Part shown: piece after piece, positions 17,545-26,201 of the stretch
Numbering within the stretch: position 1 is the stretch's first letter
Layout of the letters: every line of letters starts with the position of its first letter
Virus record (IMG/VR): IMGVR_UViG_3300034781_000002
Location: 1 to 50,466 of that record
Strand: one strand, 5' to 3'
Source: a virus
Lineage: Duplodnaviria > Caudoviricetes
Length of the DNA: 50,466 nt
The notes under the pieces: generated by a model
The model's input: the letters and a program-made list of their open reading frames with translations, nothing else
Told to the model about the DNA's origin: nothing
Databases searched by the model: none
Translations under genes and position numbers: made by a program

Positions 17545-18060
17545 TTACTCCAGTCGGTAAGGGTCCAGCAGGCGGATGTCCATCTGGGTCAGCGCCGCGT
17601 CGTAGGTGCGGGTCACCGTGCCGACGCTGGCGCTCTTGACGTTGTCGGGGTTGTTGATCAGCCGGGTAGCGAGGGTCAGGACGACGAGGCGCACCACGTC
17701 GGGGGTCTCGTCGTAGCCGTGGTCGCAGTCGACCTCCACCACGGAGTTGTAGGGCCACGACGCGGCCCAGATGAGCTGCCCCTGCGGGTGCGCCACGATC
17801 CCGGCGAGATCACCGGGCGAGACGGTGAGGCCGTCGATGCGCACCGCGCCGACGGACCGCAGGTGCAGAGTGGGCAGGCTCAGCACGACCGAGCCCGAGC
17901 CGGGGACGGTGAACGTGGCGTTCTCGCGCAGCAGACCCCACCCGCAGTAGGACCGGACCGCCCCGGACGCGCCGGCCAACGCAAGCGCGGCGACGTCGCC
18001 CGGGACGCTGAGTTGCAGGTGGGTGTCCAGCTCCTGCGCGTCGGCCAGCAACGCGGCCAC
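17545..18060 (-). CDS. Head-tail adaptor/connector protein
   Basis: ASGAVRSYCGW, HGYDETPDVV, LLDPYRL motifs of actinophage adaptors. Confidence 0.85.
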   Translation of the reverse strand: MAALLADAQELDTHLQLSVPGDVAALALAGASGAVRSYCGWGLLRENATFTVPGSGSVVLSLPTLHLRSVGAVRIDGLTVSPGDLAGIVAHPQGQLIWAASWPYNSVVEVDCDHGYDETPDVVRLVVLTLATRLINNPDNVKSASVGTVTRTYDAALTQMDIRLLDPYRLE

Positions 18061-18063
18061 GGG

Positions 18064-18567
18064 CTACTTGTCCCGCGCGCGCCGCGTCTTGGCGGTCACG
18101 GTGCTCACGTCCGGCTCCCCGGCCGGCTCCCCGGCCGGCTCCGGCGCCGCTTCGATGCCCTGTTCCTGCGGCGAGCGCATCGACGGGGTCCGGCCCTCGT
18201 CGTCGATGCCCTGCTGCTGTGGGCGGATCGGTTCCATCGCACCCTCCCCGGTCACGCCGGTGTTCATGTCGCTGGCCGCGTACACGGCCTGGTTCTGGCC
18301 CTGCGTGTAGCCGCCGTTGAGGGTCGCCGGGTCACCGTCGACCTGCACGGCGCCGAGACGTTCGGCCATCTTCGGGGTCAGCATGGCCGTGGTCTTCATG
18401 TTGTTGACCACGTAGACGTATTCCTTCAGTTCCGCCGGCTCGGTCACGGTGGTTCCTTCCTGGACGAAGTTGTCGACCGGGCCACGGCGCATGTGGTTGT
18501 CACCGCAGACGTGACCCGGTACCTGACAGATGGGGCAGTGCCCCTTGATCACGCCGCTGGTGATCAC
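18064..18567 (-). CDS. Capsid-associated hypothetical protein (alternative start at 18447)
   Basis: GTG at 18567 overlaps the capsid stop; second in-frame GTG at 18447 with AGGAAGGA RBS; ends AKTRRARDK. Confidence 0.6.
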   Translation of the reverse strand: MITSGVIKGHCPICQVPGHVCGDNHMRRGPVDNFVQEGTTVTEPAELKEYVYVVNNMKTTAMLTPKMAERLGAVQVDGDPATLNGGYTQGQNQAVYAASDMNTGVTGEGAMEPIRPQQQGIDDEGRTPSMRSPQEQGIEAAPEPAGEPAGEPDVSTVTAKTRRARDK

Positions 18568-19877
18568 GCGGCGAGCGTCACCCGGCAGAACGCCGGGGGC
18601 CGCAGGATCGCGAAGCCGGCCCGCAGCTCGGCGAGGATCGCGACGAGGTTGCGAACGAAGAAGTCGGCGTGGGTGTCGGTCGCCTGCACGGTGGCCTGCT
18701 CCCGGTCGTAGACGACGCCCCAGTTCCAGGCGGCGCACCACGCGGTGCCCTGCGCCACGGCCTCCGACTGCAAGACCGGCAGACCCCACAAGCGCGGCGC
18801 GGTCAGCGCGAACGGACCCGCGCCCCGGTAGTCGCCGTTGCCGTTCTTCATCAGTTCGACGTTCTCCCAGTCGATCGGGTTCATCACGTACGCAGTGGGC
18901 TGCGCCCGGCCACCGATCTGGACCTTGCGCCGGGCGATGCGCAGCACGTCCAGGTTGTTCAGCGACCCGGTCGGGGCGGCCTGCGTCTGGATGCCCGGGG
19001 TGTTGTTGAGGCCCAGCAGGTGCTCACCGGTGCCGTTGCCGGACAGCAGCTCGTCCTCCAGGGCCTCCTCCAGGCCGTAGCGCAGGAACGAGTCGATCAT
19101 GGTGCGGATCTGCGCGGCGTCCGACAGGGCCCGCTTGGTGACCGGGATCCAGTGCGCGATCGTCTTGATCGTGGTGGAGTCGCGCTCGAAGCCGAACGTC
19201 GACTCCGGCTTGAGACCGGCCTGCGCCGGGGTGATGGCGGGGGTGCCGGTGCCGATCGCACCGGTGGTGCGGGCCTCCGGCACGACGGAAGCGTTGTTGT
19301 CGGTGGTGACCAGCCGGACGTACTCGATGGTGTCCGACGTGGTGTTGCCGCTGGCGAAGAGGCTGCGGATGCTCAGCGGGCGCTCGTAGAACGGGTCCAG
19401 CATCCCCCGGTTGTCGGACTCCACCAGGAACCCGGCGGACTGCTCCCGGTTGCCGGAGTAGAACAGGTCCTTCATCCCGCCGAACGCCATCGGCGCCGAC
19501 TGAACCCGCATCTTCTCGGAGAACGCCCCGTTGGGGACGCTGTTCAGCATCGACTTGAACTCGTCGGAGGTGGTGAAACGCGCGCCGACGGTGGCGATGC
19601 GCTCCTTCTTGCCCCGGGCGTCTCCCGCGCCGGCCGGCGGCGGGGTGTTCGGGTCGTCGGCGCCGAGACCGAGGTTTGCCGACAGGTCCTTCATCTGCTT
19701 CTGGAACGCGACCTCGGCGAGGCCGTTGGCCTCGATGCTGGCGGCCTTGCCCAGGTGCTCGGTGATGGTGTCCTTCTCGACGTCCGACAGCTCGCGGTTC
19801 TCGCGTTCCGCCGTCTCCATCAGCGCCTTGGCCGCGTTCGCCTCCATGAGGATCGCGTCACGGTAGCTCTTGCGCAT
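18564..19877 (-). CDS. Major capsid protein, HK97 fold
   Basis: N-terminal coiled-coil delta domain; KTIAHWIPVTKRALSD, YVMNPIDW, LWGLPV, FVRNLVAILAELR motifs. Confidence 0.95.
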   Translation of the reverse strand: MRKSYRDAILMEANAAKALMETAERENRELSDVEKDTITEHLGKAASIEANGLAEVAFQKQMKDLSANLGLGADDPNTPPPAGAGDARGKKERIATVGARFTTSDEFKSMLNSVPNGAFSEKMRVQSAPMAFGGMKDLFYSGNREQSAGFLVESDNRGMLDPFYERPLSIRSLFASGNTTSDTIEYVRLVTTDNNASVVPEARTTGAIGTGTPAITPAQAGLKPESTFGFERDSTTIKTIAHWIPVTKRALSDAAQIRTMIDSFLRYGLEEALEDELLSGNGTGEHLLGLNNTPGIQTQAAPTGSLNNLDVLRIARRKVQIGGRAQPTAYVMNPIDWENVELMKNGNGDYRGAGPFALTAPRLWGLPVLQSEAVAQGTAWCAAWNWGVVYDREQATVQATDTHADFFVRNLVAILAELRAGFAILRPPAFCRVTLAA

Positions 19878-19907
19878 GCTCTTGTTTCCTCTCGTGACCG
19901 TTCGCGG

Positions 19908-20546
19908 TCAGTCGGTGTGGCGGGCCCGCAGAACCGCGATGTCAGCGGTTGCGGAGCACAAAAAAAGCGCCGATGCGGATCGGCGCTTCTCGTCGGGCGA
20001 ATCGGTGTCGGGAGGTGGATCGTCGGGCTCGGCGGCCTTGGCGCCGACGAGCGTGGTCAGCGGGTTCATCCCCAGCGGGGTCGGGCCGATCTCGTGCAGC
20101 CACAGCTTCAGCAGCTCGTTCTCGCCGTGCTGGTTGGCCTTCTCCTCGATCACGTCGTAGGAGAACGAGAACTGTGTGACCCTGCGCTTCTGCAGCAGGT
20201 GGCGCACCTGCGCGGCGACGCCGTCGGTGTCCAGCTCGGCCTTGACCCACAGACCCCCGTTGTCGTGCACCCACGGGTTGGCCCAACCCGGGATGCGCGA
20301 GTCACCGGACTTCAGCTCCTCGATCTCCAGGACGGCGCCGATGTTGTAGTGCGGGTCGTCCATCCGGTGCGACCACAGGACGGGGATCGGGTCGCCGCTG
20401 TTCTTCCACGCGGCGATCGTGTCGACGAACGCGCCGGGCCGGACCACGTCGTTGCCGTAGTCCTTGTTGTTGAACACGCTGACGATGGCCTCGAAGCCGG
20501 CACCCTCCTCGGGTGCGTAGCTGGCCGGCATGGTCTTGGTCTTCAT
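19908..20546 (-). CDS. Prohead maturation protease (HK97 family)
   Basis: FEAIVSVFNNKD...DVVRPGAF, PVLWSH, FSFSY, LHEIG...GMNP. Confidence 0.92.
   Translation of the reverse strand: MKTKTMPASYAPEEGAGFEAIVSVFNNKDYGNDVVRPGAFVDTIAAWKNSGDPIPVLWSHRMDDPHYNIGAVLEIEELKSGDSRIPGWANPWVHDNGGLWVKAELDTDGVAAQVRHLLQKRRVTQFSFSYDVIEEKANQHGENELLKLWLHEIGPTPLGMNPLTTLVGAKAAEPDDPPPDTDSPDEKRRSASALFLCSATADIAVLRARHTD
19960..19988 (-). terminator. Terminator-like hairpin inside the 3' end of the protease gene
   Basis: Minus strand AAGCGCCGAT-ccgc-ATCGGCGC followed by TTTTTTT. Confidence 0.55.
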
Positions 20547-21856
20547 GCGCCTACCTCCGCCGGCTTGGGGCCGGGCAGTTGGCCGTTGGACTCCTCGTTG
20601 GAGGGGTTGTCGGGTGCGGTGTCGCGGGGGCTGGCGAGCCCTCCGGTCACCACGTTCAGCGGTGTGATCAGGTCCTCGGCCTCAGCCAGCGCCGGCAGGT
20701 TGTTCAACGCGCGGGCCTCGTTGCGGGTCATCCACGGCCCGCCCACCGACGCGCTGATCGCGGCGGCCTGCTCCTCGAAGGAGCCCTGCATCTTGCGCTT
20801 GAGGTTGAACTCCACGTAGACCTTCCCGACCCCGCCCGGATCCAGGTCGGGCAGCAGTTGACACTCGATGTCCTGGCTCATCTCCTCCAGCCACGGCCCG
20901 AGCGAGTCGGCGTAGAGCTGCTTGCGGATCTCCGGCACAGCGGTAGAGCCCTGCCCGCTGCTGCTGCCCTGCGTCACGCCGAGGATCGCCGGGTTGACGT
21001 GGAACGCGACCGCGACCTCTTCGCGGGTGAGCTGCCGCGACTCGGCGTACTGCGCGTCGCGCGGGGTGATGCCACTGGCGATGTAGGTCATGCCGTCTTC
21101 GAGCACCGGTGTGCCACCGGCGCCGGGGCCCTGCCCGGTGTACTGCGCGTTCCAGTCCGAGGTGAATCGGGCGCGGGCCTGCGGCGACCACTTCGGGGCC
21201 TTCTCGGAGCGGGAGATGTAGCCGCCGACGCGGGCTCCGTTCTTCCACATCTGCTCGCGGTACTGACTGGCCGCGTACTCCTCGGCGAGCACCTGCCGCA
21301 GCGTCTCGATCGCCGAGTGCCCGATACGCGGGTCGTCGGGGTTGTAGCCGTTGAACACGACCACCTGATCCGGCGGGAAGTCCTTGAACCCCCGACTGCC
21401 GGTGATGCGGTAGTAGTCCGGGGTGAAGAAGTTCTCCCCTTGCGGGGTGATGAACCGTGCCGGCACGGGCAGCACACCGGGGCGCCCGTCCGGGCCGATG
21501 GTCTTGAGCCAGTACGCGGTGTCGAAGATGCACCGCTCGTGGACCGTCCAGTTGATCAGCCGGTACTTGGTCCACTTCGAGCCGAAGAAAGGCTGGCTCA
21601 GCAGCAACGCCAACGGGTGGTCGCGGACCTTGGACCGGTCGTCGTCGGCGCCACGGGTGAACACGTCGAGGCCCAGCTCCGCGATGTTGCGGGCCAGGAA
21701 CCCCACCACCGTGCGGACCGCCGGTTGCGCCTTGTAGATCGCCTCGTAGGTCATCGCCGTGGTGGCGTTGAGCAGGATGCTCGTCGGCGCGGAGCCCAGC
21801 GCAGCCATCGCCGGCTTGATCCGGTCCACCGTCCCGTCGTTACGCACGAACGGCAC
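20543..21856 (-). CDS. Portal protein, HK97 family
   Basis: HPLALLL, GTPVLEDGM, EVAVAFHVNP, WMTRNEAR...NLP motifs. Confidence 0.95.
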   Translation of the reverse strand: MPFVRNDGTVDRIKPAMAALGSAPTSILLNATTAMTYEAIYKAQPAVRTVVGFLARNIAELGLDVFTRGADDDRSKVRDHPLALLLSQPFFGSKWTKYRLINWTVHERCIFDTAYWLKTIGPDGRPGVLPVPARFITPQGENFFTPDYYRITGSRGFKDFPPDQVVVFNGYNPDDPRIGHSAIETLRQVLAEEYAASQYREQMWKNGARVGGYISRSEKAPKWSPQARARFTSDWNAQYTGQGPGAGGTPVLEDGMTYIASGITPRDAQYAESRQLTREEVAVAFHVNPAILGVTQGSSSGQGSTAVPEIRKQLYADSLGPWLEEMSQDIECQLLPDLDPGGVGKVYVEFNLKRKMQGSFEEQAAAISASVGGPWMTRNEARALNNLPALAEAEDLITPLNVVTGGLASPRDTAPDNPSNEESNGQLPGPKPAEVGA

Positions 21857-21860
21857 GTGA

Positions 21861-22082
21861 TCACCCGCCCTTCGGGGTCGTGGCCTGCATGAACAGCACC
21901 TGCGAGCGCTCCACGTAGATCTGTCCGTCCATCGCCGACGGTTCGCCGGACTCGGTCAGCAGCGTCGCGTCGGCGAGCACCAGCAACGGGCCGCGCCGGG
22001 CGATCAGGACCCCGTCGATGGCAGCGCCGTTGATCAGGTTCACCAGGACGCGGTCATAGATCGGCCAGCGGTACAGAGGCAT
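21861..22082 (-). CDS. Small Sm/LSm-fold-like protein
   Basis: ATG at 22082 with GAGAGG RBS; VLVNLINGAAIDGVL...LVLADA (Sm1-like) and GQIYVERSQVLFMQ (Sm2-like). Confidence 0.6.
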   Translation of the reverse strand: MPLYRWPIYDRVLVNLINGAAIDGVLIARRGPLLVLADATLLTESGEPSAMDGQIYVERSQVLFMQATTPKGG

Positions 22083-22272
22083 GTCGGGTGACCTCTCTCT
22101 AGCTAGAAGCGGCACGGCGCGGTACGGTTTGCCCTATCGCGGGCCAAACGGTGGGCCAACACCGTCCGCGAAGGGGGGTCCGTCAGTAGCGGTTTTTCGA
22201 GCGCCGCTTTGGGGCTTCCGGCGGGCGGCGCGGGCGTTTACCGCGAACGCGTGACCCCCCGACCCTTCACGA

Positions 22273-22812
22273 TCACCAGGCGCCGCGTTGAATGAACGCC
22301 GTCCAGTCGTCGGGGTCGGTGCCCCGGGTCTTGGCGTAGCCGCCGGGGTTCGCCCAGCCGACGGACTCGTACAGGTAGTCCACGGCGGAGCTGCACACCA
22401 CATGCGACGGCACGCCGTCGGCGGGCCACTCGCGCGCCAGGAAAGGCAGATGCGCGGTCCCGGCGGCGAAGCACAGGATCGCGCGCCAGTCGTAGGCGAT
22501 CCCGACCATCCGGGTCGCGGCCTCCACCACCTGACGGCGCTGCTCGTCGCTGCGGCCGGTCTGCGCGCAGTTGGCCACCGTGGAGGGGTGACCCAGGTAC
22601 TTCTCCAGGTTCGCCCACCCGAAGCCGGACGGGCGGCCCTCCAGTCCACGCGGGCGCCCCGTGTCATCCATGTGGGTAAACAACGCGACGTGGTTGTGCA
22701 GGTCCGGCCGGCGCAGGATCTTCGACCGCAACCGGATCGCCCAGCCCACCACGTCGGTGGTCTTCGTGACGATCACATCACCGGGACGCAGATCGACAAG
22801 GCTCACGATCAC
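22273..22812 (-). CDS. Permuted papain-like (NlpC/P60, YiiX/YebB-type) amidase
   Basis: LRPGDVI, HVALF, GIAYD, VVCSSAVDYLY and late P-D motif; His precedes Cys (permuted order). Confidence 0.8.
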   Translation of the reverse strand: MIVSLVDLRPGDVIVTKTTDVVGWAIRLRSKILRRPDLHNHVALFTHMDDTGRPRGLEGRPSGFGWANLEKYLGHPSTVANCAQTGRSDEQRRQVVEAATRMVGIAYDWRAILCFAAGTAHLPFLAREWPADGVPSHVVCSSAVDYLYESVGWANPGGYAKTRGTDPDDWTAFIQRGAW

Positions 22813-22876
22813 GGTTCAACTCCTTGCGGTACGGTGAGGCGATGACGTACGAGACAGTCGCGGTAACATGCGGGGC

Positions 22877-23065
22877 ATGACGGACAAGGGCATGCCGGAC
22901 AAGGAGCCTCGCGAGTCGATCACCATCGGCGGGAACACGTTCACGCCGGACGAGCTGGCATTCCTGCTGGACGCGTCCGGCGGCAACCTGTTCCTCGTCC
23001 GCGAGGCCATCGCGTCGGCGGCGATGTCACGCGACCCGGACGCGCAGACGCACACCATCGAATAA
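22877..23065 (+). CDS. Small hypothetical protein, probably leaderless
   Basis: TAACAT -10-like box at 22864-22869, 7 nt before ATG. Confidence 0.55.
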   Translation: MTDKGMPDKEPRESITIGGNTFTPDELAFLLDASGGNLFLVREAIASAAMSRDPDAQTHTIE

Positions 23066-23178
23066 GGTATGAGGCTGCGGCGCGGCGGGCGTCGGGCACC
23101 GGATCGGAACCGGGCACCCACACGGGACCTGTGGGGTAAGCGCTGACGCGGGGGTTCCCCGCCCAGAGCACCCGCCCC

Positions 23179-24855
23179 TTAGATGACCATGAGCCCGTCG
23201 TCCTCGTAGGCCGATCGCACGGGTTCCAGGTCGGCGCGGGCCTTCCACGCGTTGGTGGCCATCGCGGCGGCCGGTACGGCGTCGATGCGGGCCTTGTCGC
23301 GGCCCCGTTCGGGTTTCTCCGGGCGTACGAGGTTCGGGTCGTACGGGGCGTGCCGGACCTCGCACTGGTCGAAGCAGAACCGGGCGACGGGGTTGCCGTG
23401 GTGTTCCACCCGACCGGTTTTGACCAGTCCCATGACCTCGGTCATGCCCGGCGACATGCGGTCGTAGGTGTTGCGGTAGGCGGTCAGGCCGCCTTCCTCG
23501 GGGTCCAGGCCCAACGCGTTGGCGATCTTGTTGATGACCGGCCACATCGACCACTCGTCGCAGTCCGCGCCGAGGATGCGGAAGTCCTGCCCGTCGGTGC
23601 TGATGTCGTCGATGACCTTGTCGTAGTCGATGACGGAGCCCTCGGTGACGGTGATCCAGCCGTGCTTGGCCCACTGCGTGAACTTGCCGTCGTGGAACTG
23701 ATCCAGCCGCTCCAGGCCGGACTCCGGCAGCCAGAACCGCCACAGGTAGTCCGCCGGCCCGTCGCCGTCGGGCGGGAAGATCAGGCACCAGGCGGTCAGG
23801 TCGAACTTGGCCGCCAGGTCGAACCCGGCGTACGCGGTGCGTCCACGTAGCTCGTCGCGCCGCCAGTCCGGCTTGAGCCACAGTTCGCCGGTGCACGCGT
23901 CCCACAGGTGCATCGGCATCCACCGGGTGGACTGGCTCACCCACTGGTTGAGCCTGAACTGCCGGAACGCGTTCTCCTTGCCCGGGTCGTTGCGGGCTTC
24001 CTGCGCCTCGTCGCGAAGCGACTGGAGGCTGAGGAACTGCCCCAGCGCCGGGTTCGGGATGAACCAGTTGGACTCGTCCCACGGGTCCGCGTCGGATGCC
24101 AGGTTGCGCATGAACACGAACACGTGCGGGGCCCGCGACGGGTCGTCGGCGATCTTCTGCATCTCGTCGTGCTCGGCCTTGCCGAACGACTGCGGGTCAT
24201 CGCCTGCGGTGGTGGCGGCGACCATGAGCGCTTGTTCGCGGGCACCCATGCCGGTGCGCATGGCGTTCCACAGGTCGCCGTTCTTCTGCGTCAGCACCTC
24301 ATCGAAGACGATGCCGTGCGGGTTGTGCCCGAGGTTACCGCCCGCGTCGGCCGCGACGACCTCGTAATAGGAGGCGGAGCGCTCGTCGTAGATCCGCTTC
24401 ATCGCCTTGTTGATCTTCAGGCGGGAGCTGAGCACAGACGACAGTTGGACCATGCGTTCGGCGACGTCGTAGACCTTGCGGGCCTGGTCACGGTCCACGG
24501 CGCAGCCGTAGATCTCCGCGCCGTCCTCGTCGTCGGCCACCAGCAGGTACAGGGCGATGCCCGCCAACAGCTCGCTCTTGCCGTTCTTGCGGGCGACCTC
24601 GATCCACGCCATCCGGTACTGCCGGACGTAGCGGTCGAACTCCTCCGACCACACCATCGTGCCGAACAGCGGCTCCATGATCTCGGTGAGCTGCCAGGCC
24701 AGCAGGTGGAACGCGGTGCGCGCCCACCGGCCCTTGGTGTGCACCAGGATCTCCGAGAAGAACGCCTGCACGTGCATCACGCGGGGCTTGCACAGGTGCC
24801 GGCCGATCTCGCCGCAGTTCACTCCATCGAAGACGCGTTCGCAGGGCGGAGGCAT
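23179..24855 (-). CDS. terL: Terminase large subunit
   Basis: ARKNGKS Walker A, IVFDE Walker B, TTAG, GFDLA nuclease motif, ARIDAV. Confidence 0.96.
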   Translation of the reverse strand: MPPPCERVFDGVNCGEIGRHLCKPRVMHVQAFFSEILVHTKGRWARTAFHLLAWQLTEIMEPLFGTMVWSEEFDRYVRQYRMAWIEVARKNGKSELLAGIALYLLVADDEDGAEIYGCAVDRDQARKVYDVAERMVQLSSVLSSRLKINKAMKRIYDERSASYYEVVAADAGGNLGHNPHGIVFDEVLTQKNGDLWNAMRTGMGAREQALMVAATTAGDDPQSFGKAEHDEMQKIADDPSRAPHVFVFMRNLASDADPWDESNWFIPNPALGQFLSLQSLRDEAQEARNDPGKENAFRQFRLNQWVSQSTRWMPMHLWDACTGELWLKPDWRRDELRGRTAYAGFDLAAKFDLTAWCLIFPPDGDGPADYLWRFWLPESGLERLDQFHDGKFTQWAKHGWITVTEGSVIDYDKVIDDISTDGQDFRILGADCDEWSMWPVINKIANALGLDPEEGGLTAYRNTYDRMSPGMTEVMGLVKTGRVEHHGNPVARFCFDQCEVRHAPYDPNLVRPEKPERGRDKARIDAVPAAAMATNAWKARADLEPVRSAYEDDGLMVI

Positions 24856-24881
24856 GACACCTCCCGCTTAGACTGCAACGC

Positions 24882-25160
24882 ATGACGAACGTTCCCGACG
24901 ACGATGTCGTCTTCATCACGGACCTAGCGGCCGATGACCCGTTCGCTGAAGGTGAGCCGCCGGTGGGGACACCTGCCGCGGCAGATTGGACGAACATCTC
25001 GATCACGATCCCCCCGGCCGACGCCGAGCCGATCTTGAGGTTCCTGCGAGAGGAACACGGCTTCCGGGACGTGGACTGGTGCGTGATGCAGCGCGACGCC
25101 GACTGTGCGCGTGTTGATTACGACCCCGTCCCTCCGTTGACCAGCCGGGAATTCGAGTGA
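24882..25160 (+). CDS. Hypothetical acidic protein, probably leaderless
   Basis: TAGACT -10-like box at 24869-24874, 7 nt before ATG; GTGA coupling to the next gene. Confidence 0.6.
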   Translation: MTNVPDDDVVFITDLAADDPFAEGEPPVGTPAAADWTNISITIPPADAEPILRFLREEHGFRDVDWCVMQRDADCARVDYDPVPPLTSREFE

Positions 25161-25345
25161 AGGGCAACGATGAGTACCGCAGCGGCCCGGACCCCCGCCC
25201 GCTAGCCGAGCGATGGCACATCGAGCATTGCAGCAACGATGAATCCTGGTCGCCCTGCTACTGCTGCTGCACGCGTTGCGACCCCGACTACGGCGGCGGC
25301 AACCCGCACTTTTTCGCGGCGCTGGACTGCTGGGAGGACGCATAA
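25157..25345 (+). CDS. Cys/His-rich miniprotein, paralog A
   Basis: WHIEH...WSPCYCCCTRCDP...NPHF. Confidence 0.65.
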   Translation: MKGNDEYRSGPDPRPLAERWHIEHCSNDESWSPCYCCCTRCDPDYGGGNPHFFAALDCWEDA

Positions 25346-25530
25346 TGCGGCCTATGGTGCGTCAAGCACAGCAGTGGCACGACGAGCACCACGGCGACCG
25401 GGGTCCGGCGTGGTCGTTCTGCTGGTGCCACTGTCTTCTGTGCGATCCGGAGACGGGGCAGGAAAAGTCCAACCCGCACTACCGAGAGGCTTGGGCGTCA
25501 GGACAAGACACCACGAGGAGACTGCCATGA
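25345..25530 (+). CDS. Cys/His-rich miniprotein, paralog B
   Basis: TAATG overlap, GGAGG RBS; WHDEH...WSFCWCHCLLCDP...NPHY. Confidence 0.65.
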   Translation: MRPMVRQAQQWHDEHHGDRGPAWSFCWCHCLLCDPETGQEKSNPHYREAWASGQDTTRRLP

Positions 25531-25709
25531 TTATGGTGCGCGTCGTGCGCGACCGCGACGACGCCAACGACTGGTACTACCGGCAGGCCGACGAGGACGA
25601 CAGCGAGTGGGAGGAGATCCCCGAGCCGCTGTGGGAGACGTACCAGAACAGCCGGGCCAGCTACACCGACGCCTACAAGATGGTCCGCCACTACATCGAC
25701 AGCCGCTGA
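25527..25709 (+). CDS. Hypothetical protein (60 aa)
   Basis: ATGA overlap with GAGGAG RBS. Confidence 0.6.
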   Translation: MIMVRVVRDRDDANDWYYRQADEDDSEWEEIPEPLWETYQNSRASYTDAYKMVRHYIDSR

Positions 25710-25775
25710 CACCATAAGGGCGGATTACGTGGACACGGAGGTTACGTGGATCTACACGGCGAGGTAGGTCGCACG

Positions 25776-25964
25776 ATGAGCGCCGGCGAGGCCGCGCTGC
25801 GGGCCAAGATCCGGGCGTTCATCGACAAGGACGTGAAGCCGATGCAGGGCGGGTCGAGCGCCTGTGGCGCGACGTGCATCCGGCTGGGTGACGCGGCGTT
25901 CACGGAGACGATGCTGCTAAGCATCCTCGCGGGCGAGTACGACCCCCGCGACGACGCCACTTAG
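25776..25964 (+). CDS. Hypothetical protein
   Basis: ATG at 25776 after GAGGT; start uncertain (GTG at 25746 possible). Confidence 0.45.
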   Translation: MSAGEAALRAKIRAFIDKDVKPMQGGSSACGATCIRLGDAAFTETMLLSILAGEYDPRDDAT

Positions 25965-26185
25965 GGCAGCACCACGTACTGCTCGGCGAACGGGGCATCG
26001 AACATGATCTCGGCGTTCTCCCACGGCGCCTTGACGATCCACCAGCCGACCTGCATGTAGCCGCCCCATACGTCGATCCACAGGCCGTCCTCGGTGATCT
26101 CGCCCCCGCCCGCCAGGGCGATGACCTCGGTGGCGTTGTCGCCGGTGTACTGGATGGCCTCACGGCGCGGCACGACGTACGGCAT
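25961..26185 (-). CDS. Small hypothetical phage protein
   Basis: EAIQYTGDN...GWWIVK...FAEQY pattern common in phage small proteins; directly after terS. Confidence 0.7.
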   Translation of the reverse strand: MPYVVPRREAIQYTGDNATEVIALAGGGEITEDGLWIDVWGGYMQVGWWIVKAPWENAEIMFDAPFAEQYVVLP

Positions 26186-26201
26186 GGCACCCGTCCCTTC
26201 T

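Noticed and set aside
18669-21892. Very long plus-strand ORFs (716 aa, 459 aa) opposite capsid/protease/portal, and similar ones opposite tail, tape-measure and recombination genes
   Set aside because: Antisense shadows of high-GC3 genes; no recognisable motifs, and they fully overlap confidently identified genes
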